A stretch of 64,000 bases of DNA from a virus, in IMG/VR virus record IMGVR_UViG_3300037307_000543, positions 3,138 through 67,137 of that record. One strand, written 5' to 3'. The translations under genes and the position numbers were made by a program. This document shows, in pieces, positions 55,817-64,000 of this stretch (positions within the stretch are counted from its first letter, which is position 1; each line of letters starts with the position of its first letter). The notes beneath the pieces were generated by a model. That model ran no database searches. It was not told where the DNA came from and saw nothing but the letters and a program-made list of their open reading frames with translations.

Positions 55817-57684
55817 TGTGTTACCCTATTTAAGATTTCATCCATTAAGTGACCGACATTTCGTCTTACATCATGAGTGCTACTTAACACTTTATTTCTC
55901 TGGTGTCCAGCGAAATCTTCGCGAGGCTGTCTCACAAGCGGCTTTATATCTGGCTGAAAGTGAGCAAACTCCTGATAATCCTCTAGTGATCGCTTGCTTA
56001 TGAGATTGGTAAAAAGTACATGCTCTCCATGTTTCCAGACCTGAGCCTTTATCCACCAATCGTAGTAGGCATCAGATTCATCCGCCATCCTACGAGCTTT
56101 GGCAAGTATCTTTATCGACCGAGGACTCAATTTACGGTTTGAGTCAATACCAAACCAGTAAAGCACGCGACCAAGGAAAATCTGATTTCTTGATTCCTCG
56201 TCATAGAGACCATACTCAACGAAACAGTCCGGATCGAAGCCTGAGAACATGGTCTTATCCAAGGGGTCGTAGTCGAGATTCATCCACATACGGTACTGGA
56301 GATCACCAAGTCCTTTGCAACGCTCGCGAGCGACAATCGATTTCCAGTTCGGGTAGTCGATCTGGATGTGGGCAATCCGGAAGTATCTTTTGACCAGGGC
56401 AGTCTCTCCTTCCTCACGAAGGATCTTCTCGAACTTGTAATATCTCGGTATTCTCGCCGTCACAAACGGCTTCTTGAGAAGAGACGCGATTTTCCTTTCC
56501 AGCTCGGTTTTGTATTCAGCGGCTTCTGGAGCAGGGCTCAGGCGATTAGGACATGAAGCTATTTTTAGCTTCATGAACTTGTCCTCTTCCGGAGGCTTCT
56601 CTGCTGGCTTATCGTCATCATCCCATTCGTCGTCTCCTGGAAGGCTGACGAACCTTTTTGCGTTTTCATCGAGGGGCTTATAGAATCCTACCGGCCGTCG
56701 TCCTTTCATTTTCTCTTTGACGATCTCAAGCTCCTTCCTCAGTCTCTCGATATCACGGCAGCGATCTATCGAGTGGAAATAAAGCTCAGGCTCCTTCAGT
56801 TCCTTGATTCGGAAAAACTTGCTGAAGACTTCATCTTGGAGAAAATCGGCGGCGGAATCCCTGTCCACTGGGATGTTATCATTTTTCTCTTCAATACTTT
56901 CCTCATGGGGAACCAAACAATCCCCAGTGGGATTTTCTTCCCATGCAAAATGAGGCTCTGCGAATTTTGCATGTACACATCCTTCTTTCTTTCCTTCTTC
57001 TATATATAATATATTCTTCCTTACGGGGCCAACGTTGTCACCACTTGATATCGTTGGAGAATTTGGGCACTTTTTCTGGTTTTCTCTATAATTTCTCATG
57101 GTGTCAATTTTGACACCACTTGATATTGTTGATGAATTAGGATTTTCTTTGTGATTTAGCATGGTGTCAATATTGTCACCACTTGATATTGTTGGACTTT
57201 TGATAAGGTCCACCTCTGGAAAGAGTTTACCATAGCCCTCGGGATAATCCCAAGCACTATTTTCTGTAAATTCTCTAGTGGTTTTACGGAGATAGGAAAA
57301 CAAACCTATCCAATCAATGATAAAATTTCTTCGGTTGTTTGCCCTGGTAGGTCGATACAAGCAGGAAAAAACGTGGCCTTTCAATTCCTGGAGAACGGAC
57401 GAGACTTTCCTTTTGATTGTTCGCTCGGAAAACCCCCAAATATCTACAATAGTCTTGCCTGAAGGGTTGCACTGACCGGTTTTGAAATTGAAGAATTCGG
57501 CAAGGATGGAATAGAGGAATTGCTTTACTCCAGGTTTCAGGACTCCGTTCGGAATTGACCTGATGCACTTCTTTACAGCAGCTTTGTCGAGATTAAATGG
57601 AGAGTGATTGAACCTCTTATACTCAACTATGGTATCTTCCCATGACGTGTACGACACTTGTTTTCTCCGTGCAATTTCTTCCAC
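55813..57684 (-). CDS. Replication-initiator-like protein with N-terminal winged helix and internal repeats
   Basis: KQFLYSIL...QCNPSGKTI...SERTIKRKV resembles lambda-O-type helix-turn-helix domains; three S(P/S)TISSG repeats; lies upstream of the helicase. Confidence 0.6.
   Translation of the reverse strand: MEEIARRKQVSYTSWEDTIVEYKRFNHSPFNLDKAAVKKCIRSIPNGVLKPGVKQFLYSILAEFFNFKTGQCNPSGKTIVDIWGFSERTIKRKVSSVLQELKGHVFSCLYRPTRANNRRNFIIDWIGLFSYLRKTTREFTENSAWDYPEGYGKLFPEVDLIKSPTISSGDNIDTMLNHKENPNSSTISSGVKIDTMRNYRENQKKCPNSPTISSGDNVGPVRKNILYIEEGKKEGCVHAKFAEPHFAWEENPTGDCLVPHEESIEEKNDNIPVDRDSAADFLQDEVFSKFFRIKELKEPELYFHSIDRCRDIERLRKELEIVKEKMKGRRPVGFYKPLDENAKRFVSLPGDDEWDDDDKPAEKPPEEDKFMKLKIASCPNRLSPAPEAAEYKTELERKIASLLKKPFVTARIPRYYKFEKILREEGETALVKRYFRIAHIQIDYPNWKSIVARERCKGLGDLQYRMWMNLDYDPLDKTMFSGFDPDCFVEYGLYDEESRNQIFLGRVLYWFGIDSNRKLSPRSIKILAKARRMADESDAYYDWWIKAQVWKHGEHVLFTNLISKRSLEDYQEFAHFQPDIKPLVRQPREDFAGHQRNKVLSSTHDVRRNVGHLMDEILNRVTQ
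56552..56575. repeat. Dispersed palindrome copy 6 (intragenic)
   Basis: CATGAAGCTA-TTTT-TAGCTTCATG. Confidence 0.85.
57035..57196. repeat. Iteron-like direct repeats (candidate replication origin)
   Basis: CACCACTTGATAT(C/T)GTTG at 57039, 57114 and 57177; perfect palindrome GGTGTCAA-TT-TTGACACC at 57100-57117; AT-rich run near 57001. Confidence 0.7.
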
Positions 57685-57863
57685 TCCGCTTCATAACGTC
57701 AATAGGACATGGTAGTACAGCCAAAACTACAAGAAAGTCAAGAAAAATTTTGTATGAAGAAAATTTAATGGGGAAGCGTATTGCACGGAGGACGCCTCCC
57801 CATCGCAGGGGGTTATGAAGTGTCTCAATAGTGCTCAAAATGTCTCTAAATGTCAAGAAAAAA

Positions 57864-59282
57864 CTAAACCGATTCCCAAAAAGATTCAGCGAGTAGCTTT
57901 TCCATTGTAATTTTCTCTACATCGAAAGCCTCGTCCCGCCTGCAAAGAGACATCCGGTCCTCACTATGAGACCACAGGAGATCGTGACTCATGTCAAAGA
58001 AATCGAAGATCACCGTCTTGTCCTTCTTCTCAACCTTGGTGATCCCACGGCCGTACTTCTGGTAACTTTGAATGGCTGACTTGTAACCAGAAGCAACGAT
58101 TACTGATTCCAAATACGGTATGTCTATACCTTCATTGAAAATGCGTGTTGAGATAAGTGCCCCTATGTCTCCAGCCTGAAGCCGTAAAATGGCATCTGCC
58201 CTCTTTTTTGACGATGCGGAACCGGATACATATTCAACCGGAATACGGTCCCCAATGTGATTCATAATGTTTTTGCCATGATCGAGCTTCTCGACAAGTA
58301 TGAGGCTTGGCATACCTTTTCGGTACATTCGTGAGGCTATGAGAGCAATAGCCATATTGCGTTCCTCGTGGTTCACTACACCATTTTCGTATATCATGTT
58401 CCAGTCTTCGCCCCATATTTGGTCAGCGATCTCCACGAAATAAATCTTCGGCTTCGCTATCCTCCCGACATCGACCAGTTCCTTCATGCGAACTTCGTAA
58501 ATCAGTGGTCCTGTTATGGCCATTGATGCGAGCTTATTCTCTTTTCCAGATATGAGAGCCGTTGCAGAGAGTCCCAGACGGTATCTTGCAGACTTCAAAT
58601 GGTAAGCAACCTTCTGATACGTCTCTGAGGCTCGGTGGACCTCATCGAAAATCACAAACTCGCGGGATTCGAGAAAGTCAATTGCCGCGTCTGGATTGGA
58701 TGAAAGTGCTCGCCCCAGACTTTGGATCGTGGCAACCGTAACCCTTGAGGGACTCCAGGTTCCCTCTCCTATCACTCCTGGATCGATGTGGGCCTTCTCC
58801 TGGTACTCTCTGACCGTCTGGTGGAGGAGATCCTTGGTGTGGACGACAAAAAGCGTAGGGACGGCTAAGATTTGCGTACAGGCGATCCCTATGACGGTCT
58901 TACCTGACCGCGTGGAGAGCTTGCATATCCCTCGCTTGTACTTGAACAAAGCCTCTATGGACTTGTGCTGATGATCGCGAAGCTCTACGGTAAGATGCGG
59001 CTCTTTGAATTCGATAGAGGTTTTCTCATCTCGACGGTCCCCAATCTTGTACTCGATATTCTCTTTCTTCAATTTTTTGATGATCTCAGGAAGAAGACCT
59101 GTTGCGAAAGACTGATAGCGAGCGCTAAAAAAGCTCTTCTTCCCGTCCCACCGTCCTTGTTTGTATGCGAGTGAATACCGAGCCCCCTTGGTAAAAAATG
59201 TCAAATGGTCGGCAATCACTCGCACCTCATCCCTTGGTCCTCTTACGTAAGACCACACGTTGTCGAACGCGATTTCGATCAT
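57864..59282 (-). CDS. Superfamily-2 (UvsW-like) helicase
   Basis: LRDHQ, STRSGKT, FDEVH, GLSAT, NEGIDIP, QKYGRG. Confidence 0.88.
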   Translation of the reverse strand: MIEIAFDNVWSYVRGPRDEVRVIADHLTFFTKGARYSLAYKQGRWDGKKSFFSARYQSFATGLLPEIIKKLKKENIEYKIGDRRDEKTSIEFKEPHLTVELRDHQHKSIEALFKYKRGICKLSTRSGKTVIGIACTQILAVPTLFVVHTKDLLHQTVREYQEKAHIDPGVIGEGTWSPSRVTVATIQSLGRALSSNPDAAIDFLESREFVIFDEVHRASETYQKVAYHLKSARYRLGLSATALISGKENKLASMAITGPLIYEVRMKELVDVGRIAKPKIYFVEIADQIWGEDWNMIYENGVVNHEERNMAIALIASRMYRKGMPSLILVEKLDHGKNIMNHIGDRIPVEYVSGSASSKKRADAILRLQAGDIGALISTRIFNEGIDIPYLESVIVASGYKSAIQSYQKYGRGITKVEKKDKTVIFDFFDMSHDLLWSHSEDRMSLCRRDEAFDVEKITMEKLLAESFWESV

Positions 59283-59902
59283 TCACTTTTCTCCATTGGA
59301 AACGGATAAATCTCGATACTGTTTCCGATATTGAGATTAATGTTATGTCGAAGAGACTTGTGAAAAATAATCGATCTCGTGATCACCTCGTGCGTAAACT
59401 CAGGAGCGATGTCCAAAAGAGCTTCCACAGCCTTGAAGAGTGCATCACCCTCTGGTTTACCCATATGAGCGTTTGCAAAGTAGGTAAGCCAGCTAAAGAG
59501 CAATCTGTGTATTCCGGCTACTCTGAGCGCCGTTGCTGCACTCAGCATTTTCCCAAAGGCATATCCCTCGAAAGGAACCTTTTTGTCGATAAGGTCAATG
59601 ATGACCCGAGCAGCGAGAATAGCTCCTGGAAGATCTTCTTCTGAAATACGGACAGAGGTAGTAGGATTTTCGTTCATGGAGATCAGTTTTTTTCCGAATT
59701 CCCGATAGCCTTCCATAGCTGTCTCGATCACCAAATCTGCCAGCTTCTTGATCACGTCAGGATTTGCGAAGAACATCGCTATTTGAAGATCGTTGACAGG
59801 TTTGAGAAACATACCTCCACATTCCTTGTTGAGGCTGCACTTCTCACATCCGAACCTCTCACACATCTCCTCCATCTTTTCTCTCAAATCATTGATATCC
59901 AT
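59279..59902 (-). CDS. Hypothetical protein
   Basis: Start at ATG 59902 after AAAGGAG. Confidence 0.6.
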   Translation of the reverse strand: MDINDLREKMEEMCERFGCEKCSLNKECGGMFLKPVNDLQIAMFFANPDVIKKLADLVIETAMEGYREFGKKLISMNENPTTSVRISEEDLPGAILAARVIIDLIDKKVPFEGYAFGKMLSAATALRVAGIHRLLFSWLTYFANAHMGKPEGDALFKAVEALLDIAPEFTHEVITRSIIFHKSLRHNINLNIGNSIEIYPFPMEKSE

Positions 59903-59918
59903 ATTTCTTTCTCCTTTG

Positions 59919-59952
59919 TTCGACCTGAAGCTATTTTTAGCTTCAGGTCGAA
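59919..59952. repeat. Dispersed palindrome copy 7 (symmetric variant)
   Basis: TTCGACCTGAAGCTA-TTTT-TAGCTTCAGGTCGAA. Confidence 0.85.
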
Positions 59953-59961
59953 GTTGGTCGA

Positions 59962-61251
59962 TCAAGCGTGTTTCGCCATTGCCTGCTTGATGCGAGCCTC
60001 AAGCCACACATGGAACTTCTTGTCATGGCCGTCGAAGTTCCCTTCGGCTCCATACTTCTCCTTCATGAAGTCGAGCCACTTTTCTTCCACTTCAGAAAGC
60101 GCCTTCGCTACCGGCCCGAGGACAATTACGGGACCGTGGATGTTAAAGAGCTTCGTGTAGAGCTGCTCAAGATCCAACTCTCCCTTAAGGACCAACTTGT
60201 GGCTCTCAGGATCTCGCTCCTTAACATACTTCATCCAGCCGTCCACTTGACTCCAAATCGTCCCGACGCGAGCCTTGTCTCCGAGCTTCTTGATCTGCTC
60301 CTCAAGCAGGCGCGGAGCGTATCGCTTCACGTACTCGTATTGTTTCTGCTGAGCAACAGACACACCCGCCAGACCAGCCTTCCTCGACAGAGCGCCACCT
60401 CCCTTGGTTATCTTCGGGACCTCTTTCTTGGGAGCTTCGCCCTTGCCCTCTTTCTTGGGAGCTTCGCCCTTGCCCTCTTTCTTGATAATGGCCCTCGTCT
60501 CGGAGATTTTCGCCAACCTCTTTTCTTTCTCCTCTTTGTCGATTTTCTTCAACTCCTCGGGCCGCATCTTGGCGATGTATTCGAGCCTCTGGAGATCGGT
60601 CAGATGCCGACGCTCGACATTGAGATTCATGATATAGTCCGAAATCTCGTCGGGGGAGAGATCCAGAACCCGGATCTTGTCTTCCGGGATCGGCATCTTG
60701 AGTTCAGTCATGATGTCGAACCGGGTATGACCGTCGATGATTCGACCATCGGGCAAGACCTCGATGGTTCCGAGAAGCCCCTTTTTCTTGATGGACTTTT
60801 TGAGGCTCTGATACTGCTCGGAGTTGGGCCTTACCATTATGGCCTTAATCTCTGGATCGATATACGGCTGTTTGTTGGCAGGTACCGCTGGAGCCGGGTT
60901 TGCAACCCTTTTCGGTGGCACCTTTCCTGCTTTCTTCTTCTGCATTTCTTCCTCCTCTTTGTCCATGTCTGGAAGCGATTTAGCTGCTTCCATGACCTTG
61001 TGTACGATCCCGTTCACAAGGTCGCTCTTTTCAGAGCCTTCAATCTCGGCAATCTTGCCAAGGCTGGAAAGCTGCTGAGCATTAAGCTCAAGCAGCTCCT
61101 CCCGAAATGCTCCTTCGTCTTGGTCATGCACCTCCATAAATCGGTACTTGAGACCACCGAAGGACTTCACTCCCAACAGGGCATGATCCATTTCCCTCCT
61201 CCTTTTGACTTCCATGCTCGAACCATACGGATATTCTCGCATGGAAGTCAA
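59962..61251 (-). CDS. ParB/Srx-domain protein
   Basis: QYQSLKKSIKKKGLLGTI..IIDGHTR...LNVERRHLT; duplicated KKEGKGEAP; true start may be 61215. Confidence 0.78.
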   Translation of the reverse strand: MTSMREYPYGSSMEVKRRREMDHALLGVKSFGGLKYRFMEVHDQDEGAFREELLELNAQQLSSLGKIAEIEGSEKSDLVNGIVHKVMEAAKSLPDMDKEEEEMQKKKAGKVPPKRVANPAPAVPANKQPYIDPEIKAIMVRPNSEQYQSLKKSIKKKGLLGTIEVLPDGRIIDGHTRFDIMTELKMPIPEDKIRVLDLSPDEISDYIMNLNVERRHLTDLQRLEYIAKMRPEELKKIDKEEKEKRLAKISETRAIIKKEGKGEAPKKEGKGEAPKKEVPKITKGGGALSRKAGLAGVSVAQQKQYEYVKRYAPRLLEEQIKKLGDKARVGTIWSQVDGWMKYVKERDPESHKLVLKGELDLEQLYTKLFNIHGPVIVLGPVAKALSEVEEKWLDFMKEKYGAEGNFDGHDKKFHVWLEARIKQAMAKHA

Positions 61252-61266
61252 GGAATATTTGTTGAT

Positions 61267-61470
61267 TTATCCTGATTTTTTTACCCACTCGATCTTTCGA
61301 CCCGTGAGTTTCTCCCAGCGCACAGCTGTCTGCCCACAAAGGCGATAGTACCGCTTTGCGCGCCGGTCATTACCGATCTTTGCTGCAAAGTCTCCTCTCT
61401 TTTTCAGTTTCAGAAGAAGATTCCACAGCGTCTCGTCGCTACACAGTTGAATGACTTCCGCTTTTGTCAT
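61267..61470 (-). CDS. Hypothetical protein
   Basis: AAGGAG ribosome-binding site. Confidence 0.55.
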   Translation of the reverse strand: MTKAEVIQLCSDETLWNLLLKLKKRGDFAAKIGNDRRAKRYYRLCGQTAVRWEKLTGRKIEWVKKSG

Positions 61471-61726
61471 GAAACTCCTTTCCGAGAATGAAGAGAAATC
61501 CCTCTTCAGTCTCTTCTACGGTTCCGATAACCTGAGACCGACTGCCTCCGTTAGAGCCGCCTGTAGCGCACACAAGGAACCTGTCCTTTCCACATTCATC
61601 CACATATCCTCTTACGCTTACTCCAGCGTTCCATCCTCGAATGTGGGCATATATGCCGCTTTTGGGGGTTCCTTGACGCGTTGCTTCTCCTCGACTTCCC
61701 TTAATGTTTGCATAAAATCTTGACAT
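61439..61726 (-). CDS. Hypothetical phage protein
   Basis: MSRFYANIKGSRGEATRQG; AGGAG ribosome-binding site. Confidence 0.6.
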   Translation of the reverse strand: MSRFYANIKGSRGEATRQGTPKSGIYAHIRGWNAGVSVRGYVDECGKDRFLVCATGGSNGGSRSQVIGTVEETEEGFLFILGKEFHDKSGSHSTV

Positions 61727-61737
61727 TCATTCTCCTT

Positions 61738-62046
61738 TCAGGAAATGTCTACACCGAGCTTTACCAGACCAAGATCCAGCAATGTTCGGTTCTTGACTCT
61801 TCCCTTTTTCATGACCTCTTTCAAGGTCTCTCCCGGTACGGGAACAGTTACGGAGATATCCCCGAACCCTACCGTAAGACGAGTAAGCCCGCCTTTATCG
61901 GGAAGGATTTCCTCCATCTCCGCTCGCATTTCATCAATCGTTTTCGGTTTTGCCACTTCAGACGGCTTGCGTCTTACTACGGCCTTCTTGTCAGTAGACT
62001 GGCGGGATTTCTTCATCGTACCTCCTCGATCCTGTAAAGGGGACAA
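61738..62046 (-). CDS. Hypothetical protein
   Basis: Likely start MKKSRQ after GAGGAGG. Confidence 0.55.
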   Translation of the reverse strand: MSPLQDRGGTMKKSRQSTDKKAVVRRKPSEVAKPKTIDEMRAEMEEILPDKGGLTRLTVGFGDISVTVPVPGETLKEVMKKGRVKNRTLLDLGLVKLGVDIS

Positions 62047-62257
62047 CGCGTGTCCGTTTCGGCTTTACCGGTTCATCACAGTACCGGCACTTCTTGCAAG
62101 GATCATATTGAGATTGCACTACCTCCTCTTCCCCATAGTAACGCACACGGAGTAACTTGATGTCCGAGCGCGTTGTTTTGCATTGGGTGCGAGACATTCG
62201 GCATTTGAACGTCTCGCACCAGATTGAGTTCTGTTCAAGCCACTGTTCAGGAGTCAT
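61991..62257 (-). CDS. Cys-rich hypothetical protein
   Basis: ORF track. Confidence 0.5.
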   Translation of the reverse strand: MTPEQWLEQNSIWCETFKCRMSRTQCKTTRSDIKLLRVRYYGEEEVVQSQYDPCKKCRYCDEPVKPKRTRVVPFTGSRRYDEEIPPVY

Positions 62258-62490
62258 AGCCCACTCGTTTTTGAAGAAACTTCATCAGTTATTTCAAGTG
62301 TATCCCAGCTATGGCCACATTCTTCGCACCACACCTTGTAAGAATAAAGCGGGCTTATTGTAACTTTCTCCCAACGCCCGCCGCCTGAATGTTTTTTGTG
62401 CCTCATGGGAACCATCACGATCTTTACTCCCGATAAGGCTATGCTTCCACATTCTGGACACAACATTAGAAGTACTCTCCTTTCGCCCAT
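62254..62490 (-). CDS. Zinc-ribbon protein
   Basis: CPECG...CEECG. Confidence 0.55.
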   Translation of the reverse strand: MGERRVLLMLCPECGSIALSGVKIVMVPMRHKKHSGGGRWEKVTISPLYSYKVWCEECGHSWDTLEITDEVSSKTSGL

Positions 62491-63212
62491 TGAATGAGCC
62501 CATTGAGGGCTCGATTGCGCTCGTAAGCGCCTACCAAGCTCAGATTCTTGTGCAGCTCGGTGTTCGCTCCATGAAAGCCATATAGCGTAGGCTCGTACGT
62601 GGGATCTTCGCCTTCCTTTCCCTCATACACGAGTTCGCAGAAAGCTGCAAATTTGGAAGGTGGAAGAACTCTGTCGTGCATAGCTGCAAAGATCATCTCC
62701 CGAAGTACGTACTTGTTCAGTTCGTAATTGTGGAGATCTTCGTGCCACTCCTGGAATTCTCCGAGATAGCCCTGGAGTTTGATGATTGCTCCATCCATGA
62801 GGAACACCAGCTCGGCTGTAGTAAGCCTTCCAGTGTGTTTGCGCTTGATAACGACACCATCGGAGCTGAACGCGAGATTGTCACAGACAAAAACACGCGT
62901 TCCAGCCATAAGACCAATGCACATAGACTTGTCCATAGCGTTCCTAATCCCGACGGCCCACGTCATGTCTTCGTTACCACGCTGAGCAATATCCCATGCT
63001 CCAAACATCTTCATCCCATTTTCAGAAATAGAATAGCGTTTGTTTATGGGCACGAGATCAGCTCGGTGAAGACTGTCCTGGACCACATCGATAACGTCGG
63101 CGTGATGGACAGGGTTCCATGTTTTCGTCCGTGGCACTTCCGGCAAACTCCGAATCATTTCCTCATTTGCGAGATGTGTGCCGCAATGGGCAATAAGATT
63201 AGCTTTTTTCAT
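62466..63212 (-). CDS. DUF932-like phage/plasmid protein
   Basis: IRNAMDKSMCIGLMAGTRVFVCDNLAF, KRKHT. Confidence 0.75.
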   Translation of the reverse strand: MKKANLIAHCGTHLANEEMIRSLPEVPRTKTWNPVHHADVIDVVQDSLHRADLVPINKRYSISENGMKMFGAWDIAQRGNEDMTWAVGIRNAMDKSMCIGLMAGTRVFVCDNLAFSSDGVVIKRKHTGRLTTAELVFLMDGAIIKLQGYLGEFQEWHEDLHNYELNKYVLREMIFAAMHDRVLPPSKFAAFCELVYEGKEGEDPTYEPTLYGFHGANTELHKNLSLVGAYERNRALNGLIQWAKGEYF

Positions 63213-63513
63213 GCTTCTTTCTCCTCTCTTGGCCTTCGTTGGCTTTCAGGAAATCTTCCAAGTGAAGCCCCTCCACAATCTTGGCTACCGTTACCATTTT
63301 GCCGTTAGGTAGTTGAATATACTTCTCCCACTGTTTGCAGTTCGCGTATTCAATGGCTTTGATGCACAAAGGAATGAACACCAGTGAAACAGGCGGATAA
63401 TGGTTTGCCTGAAGGTGCCACTGAAGAGCGCTCTGCAACCGAAGATTGCAAAAACCTACCTCTTCCGCCATTGACTGAGCCGATTGTTTACCCATTCTTT
63501 TTCTCCCTCCCAT
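63199..63513 (-). CDS. Hypothetical protein
   Basis: ORF track. Confidence 0.55.
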   Translation of the reverse strand: MGGRKRMGKQSAQSMAEEVGFCNLRLQSALQWHLQANHYPPVSLVFIPLCIKAIEYANCKQWEKYIQLPNGKMVTVAKIVEGLHLEDFLKANEGQERRKKHEKS

Positions 63514-63533
63514 TCTTTTTGTGGTGAGATCAC

Positions 63534-63962
63534 CTCCAGCTCCTGCTCTTACTTCCGCTCCAGCTCTTGCTCCAGCTCCTGCTACGGCTCTTGCTCCAGC
63601 TCCTGCTCTTGCTCAAGCTCTCGCTCCAGCTCCCGCTCCTGCTCTCGCTCCAGCTCCCGCTCCTGCTCCAGCTCCAGCTCCAGCTCCTGCTCTTGCTCAA
63701 GCTCTCGCTCCAGCTCCCGCTCCTGCTCCAGCTCCAGCTCCAGCTCCTGCTCTTGCTAAAGCTCTAGCTCCAGCTCCCGCTCCTGCTCCAGCTCCAGCTC
63801 CAGCTCCTGCTCTTGCTCAAGCTCCAGTTCTTGCTCCCGCTACGGCTCCTGCTCCAGCTCCTGCTCCAGCTCCCGCTTCCGCTCCTGCTACAGCTCCAGC
63901 TCCTGCTACGGCTCTTGCTCCAGCTCCTGCTCCAGCTCCTGCTCCTGCTCAAGCTCTCGCTT
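63534..63962. repeat. Degenerate 6-bp tandem array (GCT-CCA/CCT/CTT...)
   Basis: About 70 hexamers; the minus frame encodes Ser-X repeats (SRSWSGS). Confidence 0.9.
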
Positions 63963-64000
63963 CGCGGTAACTCAAATATTTTGGTACAAATGGTCATATG

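Noticed and set aside
750-59952. Palindrome copies as a CRISPR array
   Set aside because: The copies are kilobases apart with no regular spacers, and there are no cas genes.
59968-61275. Long plus-strand ORFs (also 15175-16530, 49844-51247, 13892-14875, 2846-3655)
   Set aside because: They are antisense shadows of well-supported minus-strand genes and have no recognisable motifs.
63764-63766. Genome-wide amber (TAG) recoding
   Set aside because: Long conserved genes are intact under the standard code, and several ORFs end properly at TAG.
63521-63970. Plus-strand Ala-Pro repeat protein (149 aa)
   Set aside because: It is the antisense reading of the hexamer array; all supported genes are on the minus strand and no ribosome-binding site is evident.

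Overview
A 64-kb segment of a large tailed dsDNA phage (HK97-type head), with essentially all real genes on the minus strand. In transcription order (right to left) it holds: DUF932-like and ParB-like genes; a self-contained replication/recombination block (SF2 helicase, initiator-like protein with internal iterons, DnaB-type helicase, primase, DnaE fused to a family-4 UDG, UvsY-like, gp32-like SSB, RecA, SbcCD); the terminase ATPase half, NYN nuclease, resolvase, MTase and HU; many small ORFs; a 253-aa ORF followed by a structured RNA with a circularly permuted tRNA-like domain; a TnpB with a substituted RuvC-II glutamate, an intact IS200/605 right end and guide, next to an outer-membrane porin-like gene; dCTP deaminase flanked by HNH-family genes; the terminase nuclease half about 19 kb from its ATPase half; and an inflated head module (ChaB, portal-MuF fusion, a 2171-aa prohead-protease polyprotein, several repeat-built polyproteins, major capsid protein). 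Main candidates for undescribed biology: (1) head polyproteins punctuated by a Lys-ending motif matching the capsid delta-domain junction, (2) TnpB/guide/porin, (3) permuted tRNA-like RNA plus partner ORF, (4) split terminase, (5) a 7-copy dispersed palindrome. The signal-peptide beta-barrel suggests a diderm host. All family calls come from motif recognition by eye; no searches were run.
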